Assembly: GCA_050084985.1 (NCBI GenBank)
Contig: JBITNC010000001.1
Span: 150,598,001-150,662,000, forward strand
DNA length: 64,000 nucleotides
Direction of reading: 5' to 3'
Source of the DNA: Nageia nagi
Lineage: Eukaryota; Plantae; Pinophyta
The notes under the pieces were generated by a model, which was not told the DNA's origin, searched no databases, and saw only the letters and a program-made list of their open reading frames with translations. Both the position numbers and the translations under genes were made by a program. The number at the start of each line of letters is the position of its first letter. Position 1 is the first letter of the stretch. Shown here piece by piece: positions 13,459 through 27,042 of this stretch.

Positions 13459-14870
13459 TATAGAAACTTAGATTTGCATTTTGGCTATTTAAAATGAGTT
13501 ATTTAGATGTTTTATTTGATCATGTGGAGTGTTAATTTTTGATCCACTTGAGTTACTTTGAAGTAACTTAACTGATATAGCATTATATTAATGCACATAG
13601 TTCTAAATGGGTCCACCTAGGTGAACTCAAAATCAAATTTGTGAATCCTTTAAAGCACTCCCAAGTGCTTATTTTAAAGATGGAAGAGTTGTGAGCAGTC
13701 ATAATCACGATTATCATAAAAAGAGAGCAATCATGCAAGTTTATCTTTTATCATCACGATAATATCATCAAGATTATCCAAGTAATGAAGGGGCAAAGCA
13801 TAGGTTGAACAGGCATCTAGGCCAAAACACCCATGTTTTGACACCCAAACCTAGAATGTCCAACGCTTTTGCACCTAGGCCTAGAATGCTCAATGCTTTA
13901 GCATTGCAAGCCCAAAATACAAACATTCTAATTGTTCGCCAACAAGCTTCCAATCCCGATCATCTAAATAAGTTATTTGTATCTCCTCCAATCAATTTAC
14001 AAAATCCTAGTTGCTAGATTTGTTTACTACATATAGCCATTAATCCAATTTCATTTAGTAGATGTAAATAATTTTATTTGTTTCAATAGATTGATCTTTA
14101 TTTTGTGTCTACGATTTGATGAATCCGATTATTTTTTTGAAAACCTTAGGTGTTCGGTGATAGAAATGATGAACTATGTTTAGCCAAAACCCTAGAATTT
14201 GTCAATACTTTGCTTGGATCCAATGAACCCTACCCAGCTTGAAATCTTTGCCCAAACCCTAGGTTTTTGTTGAGATTAGTATTTTGGAAAAGCTCTTATG
14301 AAAATTACTAAAAAATCTACAAAAGCCTACGTAATCTAAAGCCTTGTTCAAACCTTAGATTTGAAATTAGGGCATCATGGCTTCATATTTATTATTACAA
14401 TAGTCCGAATCTGATCCAACAAATTTTCCTAGAAAATGGTATGGAAGAGGAATATCAACAAGAGGAATATCAAATCCTCTTGCAACACAAATAGAATACT
14501 CTAAACAATAAAAATATACAAAATAATCAAATAGTCAAAATGTTCATTGTCCAACTCTAACAACACAAGTATGATTAGAAACAGTATAATTGAGGAAACT
14601 ATTGGATCATGAAATCTATGAAATTAGTAACAAAAATCTCAACCAAAGTCATCTTTCTTTGGAAATTCAAAATGCTTATCTTTCTCAAGATTACAAAATC
14701 TCCAACTTTTAAAATATTTAATGGAGAAGGATATCTAAGACAATATCTATCATTATTTCAAAAAGAATGTAGTTTGAAATTTGGCTATGATGACAACATA
14801 ATGGCTATATTCTTCTCTATGTGTCTTGAAGGTGAAAGATTTGATTGGTTTTACAAACATTCTCTAGTAT
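13459..14870 (+). mobile_element. Old gypsy 5' fragment: LTR (~13459-14377), PBS-like TGGCTTCA, degenerate gag N-terminus
   Basis: The start is homologous to LTR ends at 34698 and 43246(-). CA|TGG at 14376-14380. ORF 14609..14872 resembles retrotransposon gag (F..F.G.G...YL..F...C...FF...L.G....WF). Confidence 0.6.
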
Positions 14871-17573
14871 GAGGAGCCTGGATTGCGCCACAATTGAGAG
14901 GATCCTAGTTGGCACATTGTCCCACTCCATTCGGAGCAAGAGGATCAACCCATGCCACATCATGTTGGCTAAGTTTGGCTGCCAACAAGTGTTGTCCCTT
15001 GTAGCGTTGGTTTTTTTCCTTTGTCGTCATCACAACCTTGCATCCATTGGAGAAGGCGATCAACTCCCCCTTAGAGCTTTGGCATTGTCGATGGATTTGG
15101 TAGCACAAGGATTTTGCTATGTTGTTATGTAATGTTACATAAAATAATATACTAGAAGCAAAAAAGTAAGCACAAAATGTACACCTGCAGCCCCATGACA
15201 AGTCCACCACTTAATCGGGGTCATGGTGGTCCTCTCCTCCAAAGCTGATATGTCTCCGAATTCCTCCAATTCAGCAGCAAAAGCTGCAAATTCATTTCTC
15301 AATTCAGTTTGTAGAGGAGCTGGAAACAGCCTTTGGAAGGCTTTTTTCACTCCACTTGCCACCTCCTTGTTTTTGTGTGGGGCCTTCCTCTTCCCATTGC
15401 TTTTAGCAATGAGTTCTTCATCATAAAAGTGTGGCGTGAGAGCATGTGCCAACATGTGCAATGGAGTGTTAAATCCATTCCACCTTGTAACAATGATGGT
15501 GCTCACCTGCATCAAATTTTAAAAAATTGTCAACACATTTAAATTTTACATTTTAAATTTTTAAGCAAATATTGATATAATGCATTATTGAAACATTGAT
15601 GGTCATGGACTCACCTGGTTTACAAAATCAAAATCAACAAAGACAAGCATGGGAGCCTCCTATGTGATAATTTCCAGAGTTTTCTCAATCATGGTATCCA
15701 TGTCATCATAAACCTCTCCCAAGAAAGGTTTATCTGTGTCTGCTTTTCAAAGAAGCTCAAATGCAGGTGATGTGAATTTCAGCAAGAAATCCACCTTCAT
15801 CCGCCAATCCTCATCAATCAACACCCTTCGCACCACATTTCCCCTTTCTGAATTTGATTGTCTCCACTCAGCCCATGTAGGACCCATACCATACCTAACA
15901 ATGCTGATTTCACTTGAACTAGCCGCCTCAACATGATGAAGTTTGAGGCATATCTTGTCTCAGCAACTCGAAAAATTGCTTGAGATAGGTGGGTTGCTGA
16001 TAGATTTTATGATATCTCTTGCTTGCCCTATGACCTCCTTAATCCAATAAGTTTTATTCTCTATATCCTCTTAGATCAAATTTAAATTATGGACAAAGCA
16101 AGGAGTTCAAAAAATATGATAATTATGATTGTACCTACTCTCAGCAATCATTCTAGCTGCTTTGCAAACAAGTGCATTATCTGTTATAACTTGCACCACT
16201 CTATTTGGGCCTACTTGCTCAATAACAGCAATTAAAATGTTAGCAATAAAGTTCATGTCTTTTACCTCTCTAGAACAATCTTCAGCTTTCAAAAACATTG
16301 CTCCAGCAGGTGATGATGCAACGACATTGATCAATAGCCTATTTTTATCTAAAATGATAGACACCCCTGAGCTGCTCCATGAGTTTTGAATAGGTTTTAA
16401 AACATCATCAATAAGGTTCTTCTCTTTAGCCAGCAAAGTAGTTCCAACTTTTTCATAGTTTGGCCCTTTAAAACGTCTAGGGGCTGTGTTAATTGCCCTC
16501 ACCATATCTTGCCAGTATGGAGACCGAAGCACATTAAAGGAGATGCCACAAGCATAGAGGGCCCTTGCCACTCTAGTTTCTGCTTCCTCTCTCTCTTGAG
16601 TTTTGAACATTTTCAACAATCTGCTTTCATTTTGTGAATCAGGATTGGCCATCTCATTTTCAGTAGTTGTTGCCCTCTTCCTTGCTTCATGGACAATCCT
16701 TAGCTCAGCACTAGCAACCAAACGAGTATTTGAACTTTGACCAATTTTGCTTCTTTGATCTTTCGACCTTTGAGCATCATCATTGTCACTTTGGAACTTT
16801 GCCCTCACTTTTGTTTTTTTTGTATGTGGATAGCCATTAATCCCCTTTCCTTCCTGCAAAATGTGAGCCTTGACTCTTTTGTAAGAGCCCTTGTAGGGCC
16901 TCACATTTTGACATAGATTGCACCTTCATTCCCATGAACCCCACCAGACTTTTTTTTTTTATCTTAGTCACATACTGCCAAAGGGGATAATATTCTTCCT
17001 GTTTGTTTGATTGAGGTGTTCTTGGGGTTGGAGAGTGACCACTCTCAAAACCAGAAGCCATCTGGCCTTTGCTGTTGGTGGAAGAAAAAAAATAGTAAAA
17101 AACAGTAATAATAGAAGAAAAATATTAAAAAAAATGGCAATATCAGTAAAATACTGAAAACACAGCCCACACCTTTGTTGTTGTTGCCCATAAGTCTATC
17201 CTCTTTGTTGGGAATGCTCCAATGCTTTGTGAGGAATAAATGAATGAAGTGTTTTCTATGTTCTTATAGTTGCTTTTAGGGTTTCATATTTTACTTATTT
17301 TTTATTCTAATGACTTAAAAGTGGTACCCACGAACTTGTATGGAGTAAAAATGCAAAAAAATGTGTCATTTTAACTTGCATTCATCGAAAACGCATTGGA
17401 AACGCCAGTCCAGAATCGGAAATGCGTTTCCAAGTCGGGAAACGTTTTGGAAACTTTTCCGACTTCGCAAACGTCCTGGGAAATGCGTTTCCTCTTGTTT
17501 CGTCCCTGTGTCCGCGTTTCCTCAAGTTTCTGGTACGGGTGCGAGGCTTGGGATAGAGTTTCCTGCAACTTAG
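14870..17573 (-). mobile_element. hAT DNA transposon, left end deleted; pseudogenised intron-containing transposase
   Basis: BED-type GSYKRVKAH, DDE core (ORF 16107..16904), PLHMLAHALTP and WW..HG (ORF 15135..15515). GGAAAC/GTTTCC subterminal repeats at 17380-17565; terminus CCTGCAACTTAG at 17573. Confidence 0.88.
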
Positions 17574-20001
17574 CTCCATAGGCTTGAAAATTAGTGCCTA
17601 ACTTTTGGAGGCACCTTCTTTGGTCAAAATTGAAAAATTCAAAGTTTAAACATTGTTATTTTCTCCTTCACCCAATCAAGTGCAAAGAATCGAATTTTGG
17701 TGGATTTTGGGGCTCTCTTCTTGCATCTACCATTTTTCATTTTTTTGAAGTTTCCAATGGCTTGCAAACCAGTGCCTGACTTTTTGGGGCATTTCTAGTG
17801 CTCAAATTCGAATTTTTGCTAATCTAAACATGCTTAGAATCCCGTTTTCCATGCAACCATGTGAAAAAATTCGAATTTTTGCAAAATTTTTCATTCCTCT
17901 TCATGCTAGGCGCCAATTTTCACCCCTATGGATTTGGAAAATTTGGCAACTAGTGCCTAGGATTTTGGGCCGCTTCCCTTGCTCAATTTCGAAAAAATGC
18001 AAGTTTAAATGTTATTATTTTCATGTTTTCCATGCATTTGACCCCTTAGGTTCGGATTTTGAGGCAAACTTTTGCATATTCTTGTTCCTAGGCGCTAGAT
18101 TTCACTCCATTGGATTTCCAATGGTATGAAAAACTGCGCCTACCTTTTTGGTGCCGTAAAATTGTCCAAAATCCAAATTTTGCAAGTTTAAACGTGCTAG
18201 AATCGAGGTTTTTCACGCAATGAACACCCTAGGATCGATTTTTAATGCATTTTGCACTTATCCCTCCAAGTTAGGTGCTAGAAATCACTCCTATGGATTT
18301 AGAAATATTAGCAAACCTGCACCTAGTATTTGGAGGTCAAAACTTGCTCAATTTCAAATTTTTCAAGGCCTAAATGTGCTAGAAATCACATTTTACACCT
18401 TGTAGACCCCTCAAACTTGAATTTGACCAAACTTTGTTAAATTTTATGATTCTAGGCACTAGATTTCATCCTATTGGATTTCCATAGCCTTGGAAACTTG
18501 CGCCTAGCCTTTAGGATGCCCAAATGTGCTCAAAATTAAAAATTGTGAGACTTAAATGTGTTTGCAATCTTGTTTTCCTTGGTCCCAAGCACTTAAACTT
18601 GATTTTGGTCAAAAAACATTCCATCTTGTCAATCTAGGCGCCATTTTTCATGCCAATGGATTTGGAAAAATCTAGAAACTTGCGCCTAGCGTTTTGGGGG
18701 TCTTTACTTGCTCAAAACCAAAAATTTCGAGACTTAATGTGGCTTAGAACCACCATTTCCACTCATCCATGCATTTAGATTTCATTTATGATGCATTTCC
18801 ACTTTTCCACTACTATCTAGGCACCAAAATGCATCTCTATGGATTTCCCATAGGCTTGAAAAACTGTGCCTAGTCTTTGATTGTCATAGACTTGGTTAAA
18901 CTCGTAAATTTCAAGTCTTAATTGTGATAGAATTCACCTTATCTCTCCAAATACACTCTTAGACTCGAATTCCGATACCATTTGCATTTATCTTTGAGAA
19001 ACGTGCACCATTTTTCCCTTGGGTTTTCAACACCTTGGGAAAATGTGCTTGTGGCTAAGGGTACTCAAACTTACACTTTCGATCCATTTCGAACTCAATT
19101 TGTGCATTTCCGGCCACTCCCGGTGTTTCCGAGCTCAAACTCGATCAAAACGCCCTATTTGGCACATTCAAGTTCAAACTTTGCATTTTTTGATGATTTC
19201 TGAGGTCAAACGATGCAAAAATGACCATTCCCGCCTTTCCAGGCTCAAAGTTGTCATTTCTCGTCATTTCCAGCATTTTCGGGCTCAAAGTATTCAATTT
19301 CGCCCAATTTTAGCATTTCCAAGTCCTTAGTGTGAAAAAAACTACCTTTTCCGGTATTTCCGACATTTTCGAGCATTTCTAGCCATTCTGGGCTCAACTC
19401 ATCGCTTTTGGTCATTTTCGAGCTTTCCGGACTCAAATTGTGAAAAAACGCACATTCACCATACTTACCATTTTCGGGCTCAAATGTGACCAAAACATGC
19501 CTTTCTACCTTACTTGCCCTTTTCCAGCTCTTCGGGGTCAACTTTGACAAAAACCTCAATTTATGCTATCCTTGTCATTTTCAAGGTACCCGGACTTGAA
19601 ACTGACAAAAAATGCACATTTTTACACCTATGCACCTATGAGCTCTGCAAAAATGTGCTTTTTCTATCAACTTGACACTCTTACATTGAAATGCTTCAAA
19701 AACGCGCCTTTTTCCGCTCTGTTGGCCACTTGGTGAAAAACTCCCTTCTTGGTCGCTGCCATGATCCAAAATTGCATCCTGCTTGATGTTGTTTGAAATT
19801 GGGCCATGAATGGCCGCTGGACACGCCGAATTGCCTTGGTGCCTCTGGAGGTACTTTTGTGCACTGCTTCATCACTTGGCCATTCTGACTCTGCATTCTG
19901 GTCGTCGTTTAGTCATCTTCAAGCAATGTTGTCCATTGCCTTCAAAAAAAAATTGGGTGCCCAAAATGCTGCATCTTAGGGTGTGTTGTGCGGGCACAAC
20001 A
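17574..20001 (-). mobile_element. U3 portion of a long LTR (hairpin-array family, copy 2)
   Basis: About eight ~182-bp units (17595-18870), then a ~40-bp repeat zone, then terminal TGTTGTGCGGGCACAACA at 19984-20001. Confidence 0.85.
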
Positions 20002-23000
20002 CCTCCCAAGTACCCAACGTGGGGTGTCTCATCTCTCTGAAGCTCCTCGTATGATGGTAAGCCTTCTTCCAAATGCTCAACGTGGGATTTCTAGCTCTCT
20101 TTGAGTCTAACGTGGGATGTCCAACCTCCTCAAGGCTCAACGTCAATGGGATCAAGCTTCTTGGTATCTAGCTTTAGGTGGAAATCCTCTCTAAGTTTCA
20201 ACGTGGGATGCTAGACTTCCCCAAACCCCAACGTAGCCCTTCCAAGCTCCTCGGGCTACAATGTGAGGCACAAAACCTCACTCCTTTTGACACCATTTGA
20301 TCACCTCTAGCCTCTTATTGTCCACCTGTGGACAATCATCTCTAATCCCCTCCAGGGTGTGAGTCTTCCCATTGATTTCGAAATTCATAGTGAGTTTTTG
20401 ATAGTTGGTGTGGATATCCCCTAGGTCAAACAACCATTGTACTCCCAAGATGATGTGAGGATGTCCCTTCAAGGGATAAATGTAGAAATCTTCTCTCATT
20501 GTACAACTCTGCAATCTCACACCAAACCCCTCAATGATGTGGTCTACCAATGTGAGCTTCCCTTTGGCGTTGGAAACCCTAAATCCCTCAAACCCCTTAG
20601 TCTTAGGTTCTTCTTAGCAAAGCTTGCATCAATGAAGTTGTGGGACGCTCCTGGATCAATCAAAACCATCACATCTTGTCCTCCTGATTGCACCACAATC
20701 TTCAATGTAAGATACTTCTTTACCCAATGCAGTGAAGCGGTCATGCTCCTTAATGTGCCCTTAGCCCGAGGTGATACCTGATCTAGGGTGTCTACCCCAA
20801 TCTCCAAATCTAAATCATCTGACTCATCCTCCGAAAACACCTCAATGTAATGCACCTTTCCTTTACCTTGATAATGGTGCCTTGGCTCCCAAGTCTTCTT
20901 GCAGTAGAAGCATTTGCCCTCTTCTAGCAGTTTCCTCTATGTGGCTGCATCTAGCTCGTTCGTTCTAAGCGGAGGGATGGGTTTTGCCTTGCTGGCCCCT
21001 TCCTTGTCAACAAACGGCTTTCGGGTGGCTGGCCCTCTATACGTCTTCACTCCCTCAAGGGATTTCACCATGGGCTGAAGGTCATATGCTACTGAGATTG
21101 TGTCATCAAGGCTCCTAGGAGAGGATACCTTGACCATCCCTTGCAATGGCTCCATCGAACCCTCAATGAAGAGGAATGTTAACCTCTCTTTAGGAATATG
21201 GTGAATCATGATGACAATTCTCTAAAACTCTACCACATAATCATCCATTGCTCCTTGTTGTCTTAGTGTTGTTAGATCCTGGAAGTAATCATTTTCTTTC
21301 TTCCGATCGAACCGCTTGACCAACCGTCTGGCGAACTGATCAAAAGAGGTGATGAGAGAATACTCTTGGCTGATCACCCCATGTTGCCACCACTCCAAGG
21401 CATCTTCCTCAAAATGCAATGATGCGAAATGAATCGCATCCTCCTCCACCATGTTAGGGCTTAGGGTGAAATAGGTTTGCAATTGATGTAACCATGCCCT
21501 AGCCATCATCTTCTTCCCATCGAACATTTGTACTTGCATTTTATTGATTTTGTGCTGCAGGTCCTTCTCATCCCATAAATTGCTGGAAGTGTGTGGCCCA
21601 TGCGGATTGCTTCCCTTCAACCCCAAAAGCTATAGGTAGCCGTTGAAATTGACGTCTCTCATCAACCCTAGATCCAACATAGAATAATCCTTGAGAATCT
21701 GACTCAATTCCAATGGGCGAGGAACTTGACTCTTCGGCTCCTCGTTGACCTTCTTTGAGAACATAGGCTTGGACGGTTTTTGGGATAACAAGCTACTCCT
21801 CCATCCTACCAATGTCCTCCTCTAGGTACCTTCTTAGGAGAGGGTTTGTACGCCAGGTGCTCGGTGTGAGTGGGACCTCCCCATCGACCCATGGTGGGTT
21901 GATTCCCAATCCCTCAAACTCTAATATCTCCTCATGCTCAGCTTGCGATTTGTGCAATCCTCCTCAAATAACTCCTCTTTGTGATATTTGGTATGATGTG
22001 GGGTCTCTTTGTCATCCCTAGTGTGATGTGGGCCCTCTTTGTCATCCTTGGTGTAGCGTGAGGCCTCTTTGTCATCCCTGGTGTGATGTGGGGCGGTATT
22101 CTGCCTCTCCAGCTCCTCTCGAATACCCAGATGCTGGTCCAATTGCCACTTCATAGTTGTGACCATCCCAATCATGTTGTGAATGGCTGAAATGAGTTCG
22201 TCAAACTTCCGTTTAGGGGTTGATTCCCGAACCGGAGTTGTACTTCTCCTCCTGGCAGCTCTCCGTCTCTTTCTTTGTGTTTCCCCTTCATCCTTGAATG
22301 TACCCTCATTTGACACTTCGTCCATCCATGGTCTTCTATCCTCCTCATGGGCGGCGGCTCCTCCATGTGTGATCTTTTGATTTTCCTGGCGGATGCCATC
22401 TCTCTGCGAGTGTTGGATCTAGTGTAGTAATGGTGTACTCTGGGTCTCATGCACGGTTGGCCAAATCCAAGCTTTGATACAACTTATGATGATCCAAAAT
22501 TCAAATTAGAAGCAAATGAGCAAATTCAAACCAACAAACCCTGACGTCAAGCCTAAGGCATCAAACACAAGCACGTAAACCGTCAAGATGGCAATGTTAG
22601 GGTTAGGGCATCCAAACCAAGCTATCACAATGCAAATAAGCCAACGTTTGATCTAGGGTTACAATATCAAGCATTTACAACATCCAATCACCAACATTTA
22701 GCCAGAACATGCAATAAACAATAGACAATAAACAATGCTCCACAATGCCAACGTCTAGCCAATGCAAGTATACACAACAATAGTAACCCAACTCATGCAC
22801 AAGAATGATGTAGACAATACAAAATACGAGATCCAATGCCCTTGGCACTATATGGAATGTACAATGCTCAACAAATACAATACTAGGCCCATAAGGGTTG
22901 ACGATGGCCTCCAAGGAGCCAACTAGGGCATAACAATATATCTTCTCACAATTGGAACAGCCTTGGAACCATGGGACAATACGCTCCCTTAGAATGAGAA

Positions 23001-23785
23001 TCCTCTCCTCCAATGGAGCCCTCCTCAAACTTTGGATAACCATTGAAGGTAGAAGCAATACCTCGGAATACCACCAGATGGGCAAAGGTGCTACACCAGT
23101 GTCGTAGACAGACAAGATCCTTCAACCTAAATGCCCTCTAGACACTGTGCCTAGGAATGTTGCTTAGCACCGCTAAGACTTGCTATCCTCTGGACGATAT
23201 AAAAGTAATAGTAATTTTGTATATTTAGTAATGAGACTCCAAGGGTTGATATAGCCTTCCTTGGTTCGAATTACACCTCAATGTCATCACCCAATCCCCT
23301 CATGGCCCAACGTTGGCATCTAGGGATCAATCCAAGCTCAACGTGGGTGTTTGGGCCTCCCCTATGCTCCACGTGGACCTAGGAATGCATGCATGGGCCT
23401 AGCAAGCATGCGTGGGCACCTAGGGGGGCAAAGTGGGTCTCAAGGCCCAACATGGGGGTCTAGAAGCCTCCCCTGAGCTGGCCCAGGTGTCTAAATGCTC
23501 CCAATCCCAACGTTGGGGCGCTTCAGTGCTCATCTATCCATACAATGCTAAATAGACCTTGGGATTCTCACAATCATGTTTCGGGATCTCCAAGTATGAC
23601 AATGACACCTAATCTAACCTTAGGAGGGAGACGTCCCACTTGAGGCTCACAGTGGGGTCCATTGACCCATTAAGTTTCCTATCCTAAGTTACAAATATGA
23701 AGGTACAATGCATAAACAAAGTATATTACAAGAGGAACCTTTCAGACCCCACAACTAATTACAATTGGACAAGGGGGACATCACA
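20002..23785 (-). mobile_element. Ty3/gypsy 5' part: LTR 22485-23785, tRNA-Met-like PBS, gag, protease; no RT follows
   Basis: On the minus strand the LTR begins TGTGATGTCCCC and the PBS reads TTGTATCAAAGC (22471-22482). gag lies in ORFs 21222..21626 and 20937..21209; protease LIDPGASHNFID in ORF 20544..20855. Confidence 0.85.
21970..22095 (-). repeat. 30-bp (10-aa) coding tandem repeat x4 in the gag N-terminal region
   Basis: PHHTRDDKEA-SRYTKDDKEG-PHHTRDDKET-PHHTKYHKEE in ORF 21921..22325. Confidence 0.85.
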
Positions 23786-23789
23786 ATAT

Positions 23790-26719
23790 TCATGTTTGAA
23801 TTTATCATTTCTGAAATATCTTTTGAAATTAACATTTCTCCAATTATCATTTTGAAATATCTTATGAAATTATAATTTTTCTATCTTAATGCATTTTCCA
23901 AAATGATTTCTCAAACAATCATGTTTTGGGGCACATAGTTCGAGAACACCAATTCTTTGGGAGTAAGTTCATCGAGTGCCAACATTTTGGATTTGCTAAT
24001 CTTTCTTGTTACATGATTTAGAAAAATCTATAAAACATCGACAATCTATTTGAAATATGTATCTCTATTTTTCAACTATCATTTCAACAAATATCATTTT
24101 GAAATTTCTTCTAAAATTATTATGATTTCTACATTATTACTTTTAAAACTATCATAAGAAAAAGTTAAGATGAAAATAATAAATTGATTACTTTTACAAC
24201 ATTGAAGGCTCCACCTTCCTCAATAGCCTCCTTCATTAGGAGGTAGTGGTACTTGGCATCCTTTTTCTTCCTCGAGGAATCCACAATTCAAAGAAAAAAA
24301 AGGACTTGCTCTAGATGTAACAATAATATTGATGAGTGGACACTGATGAAAGTTAGTCCACCCATCCATGATGATATAACACCCAAACCTCAACCATGAC
24401 TTCGTCATATGCTCCTTAGTCAAACTGCATTTGGAATATTATTTTTCTAAGAGGGAAGTGTATAGCTTATGATATGCAAGAAATTGATACGAAGACCCTG
24501 CCTTGGAAATTTTTTTAAATGCTTCCTTAACATAAGGGGAATTTGCAAGATGAAAAGGAAGCCCATGTGCATAAAAAGAAGGTGGTGTATCTAGTATCTC
24601 TTGGTTTGACGAACTTCTTCTTTGAGAAGGATCAAAATAGGGCTAAGGAAGTGTATTGGTTGCAAATGAATATTTGCTATTCATTTGCAACTCTTTGACT
24701 TCAACAACTATATCCCTTATCTAAGCTACCTTGCCAATTTCTTTCAATGCATTGTTCAATATATGAACACAACATGGGTCCAAAAAATATGTTTATATGT
24801 GTTCTCTATTATTTGGCTCTCACGCTTGCAAATAGTGGTTGCATATGTAATCACCTGTAGCATACAACAAAACATATTTAGAATAAGTTACACAACAAAA
24901 ATGGTCTCATTTTGATTTATACAATATTATAAAATTTCATAAGAAAAAATTAAAACGAAAATAATAAATTGATTACCTGTATAACATTGGAGGCTCCAAC
25001 CTCCTTAATAGCCTCTTTCATTAGGAGGTATTGGTACTTGACATCCTTCTTCTTTCCCGAGCAATCAACAACTCTAAGAAAAAAAGGGCCTACTCTAGAT
25101 GTAACAATAATATTGATGAGTGAATGCTGATGAATGTCAATCCACCATCCATGATGATAGAACACGCAAACCTCAACTATGACTCTTTCATATGCTTCTT
25201 AGTCAAAATGCATTTGGAATATTGTTTGTCTAAGAGGGAGGTATGAAGCTTATGATATGAAGGCCTTGCCTTGAGAAAATTTTAAAATTCTTCCTTGCAA
25301 TAGGGAGAATTTTCAAGATGAAAAGGAAGCCCATGTGCATAAAACTTGTAGAAAACAACATCATCTGCAGCCACTAATGCTTGCACATTATGAATCTCAT
25401 TTGTTGTTCTTTTCTTTGAGGGCTGTAGGGAAATAGTAGAGGCTCGAGTTTGTTGTCTTTAGGAGGCTGCATGGTCAACTCTAGATGTCTGGCCAACTGA
25501 AGTGGTATACACACCTTTGGTCCCTTGCACCATCCTACTAGCTTCATTCACTTGGAGATGGTTCTTGTTTTTGCAACCTCGAACTCATGTTCTTGATTTA
25601 TCTATAAGATAGGATTCAACCCTGGTATAGCTGCCTTTAAACTGGGTTTTACAAAAAAGGCATAACCAATTTTTTGTACCTCCTGAAATTCTTTTTCCAA
25701 GATCAAGATTTATGACCAATTGCAAAAGTAGTTTTTGATGTTGTAGGGACCCTTAGCATGTTCTCTCAACATTACCGATGGACACTCATAATTAGGTGTG
25801 GCAGTGCTGCCCTCTTTGAAAGTTTCAGTTTGAGAGGGTGCTGATGGAATTTGGGAAGAATCATTTTGATGTTCTCCGTTGGATTCAAAACCTCCTTTAC
25901 TGGTGTCCATTGTTTCAAATTCAGTTTAACAATTCCTGGAAATAATCAAAAATGAATAATCGTAATGTTAATACTGCTAGGAATAAAATATAAGCACTAA
26001 GTTACTAACAGTCAAACAGTCACTAACAATAACATTATAACAGTCATGTTAGGGCTGCCAACTTAATTCATTGTTTTAACAGTTATTATTTTAAGTTTTA
26101 ACAGTCATAGGCTGCCCATACAGTCATAAGATGTGTAGTTTATTTCATTGTTAATTATGTGGATGGTAATTGGTATAAAACTGCAGTCATAAGACTCATA
26201 GAGTCATACTCATAACAGTTACAATTTACAAACACTAGAATACCTTATGAGAAATTTCAAATTTGGAATAGAAAAACAAAAACAACTACAAGAAAAACAA
26301 AACAACTACAAGCTTGGAATTGAGGACAAAATAGAAATGAAAAAAGAAAAATATACCTTGCTGCTGCTCTTCACTCTTTGTTTTCCTTCTCTTCATTGCT
26401 GCTCTTCTCTCCTTGTTTTGATAGGTAGCGCAAATGTTGAAATGCTTGCAAGGAGGGATATATAGTTTGTTTTTAGGTTTTAGGGTGGGGGGTGAAGACC
26501 TTTGTGGGACCCACCCCCCTCATGCCCCTTTAAAAAAAATTGAAAAATCATTAAGCATTTTTTGTTGAGCTCATATAGACGCCCAACCATGAGGGATGAC
26601 TAAGCGTCCGTGGGGACGATCGAGGGATGGCTAGCCGTCCCCCACCCATCCCAGCCTTGAGGATGAGGGATGACCATTTTAGGGGGGCCTTGACAACCTT
26701 GATTTCTTGGGATATTATG
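23790..26719 (-). mobile_element. Degenerate hAT element with an internally duplicated DDE segment
   Basis: BED region ~25600-25900. IIMDGW..I.Q..LINIIV-type segment occurs twice (~24150-24575 and ~24930-25345). GC-rich subterminal region and TIR-like GGGATATTATG ending at 26719. Confidence 0.75.
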
Positions 26720-27042
26720 CTATACTTGGAATCTAAATGTACATGAGTGTCAATGTCATTTCTCAATAGCCATTGCTCATGCACATTGTGGTATGGGGCC
26801 TATAAGCATGTTAATATTGGAGGGAACGAAGATGCCAACACATCATCCTAATTTGACTCTCACCGTAAAGTCTGCTTTTGGATTGGCAAGGCAATTAGAT
26901 ATGCAATCCTATGTCTTTCATGGTTTATGGTTATACCTAAAGCAAATCTTTGGCAACTAGCCCAAAGGATGCTGAAATATGTGAAAGGAATAGTTGATTT
27001 TGGAATCTGATACAAAATTTTTTCTAGTCTTAGGTTTATTAG

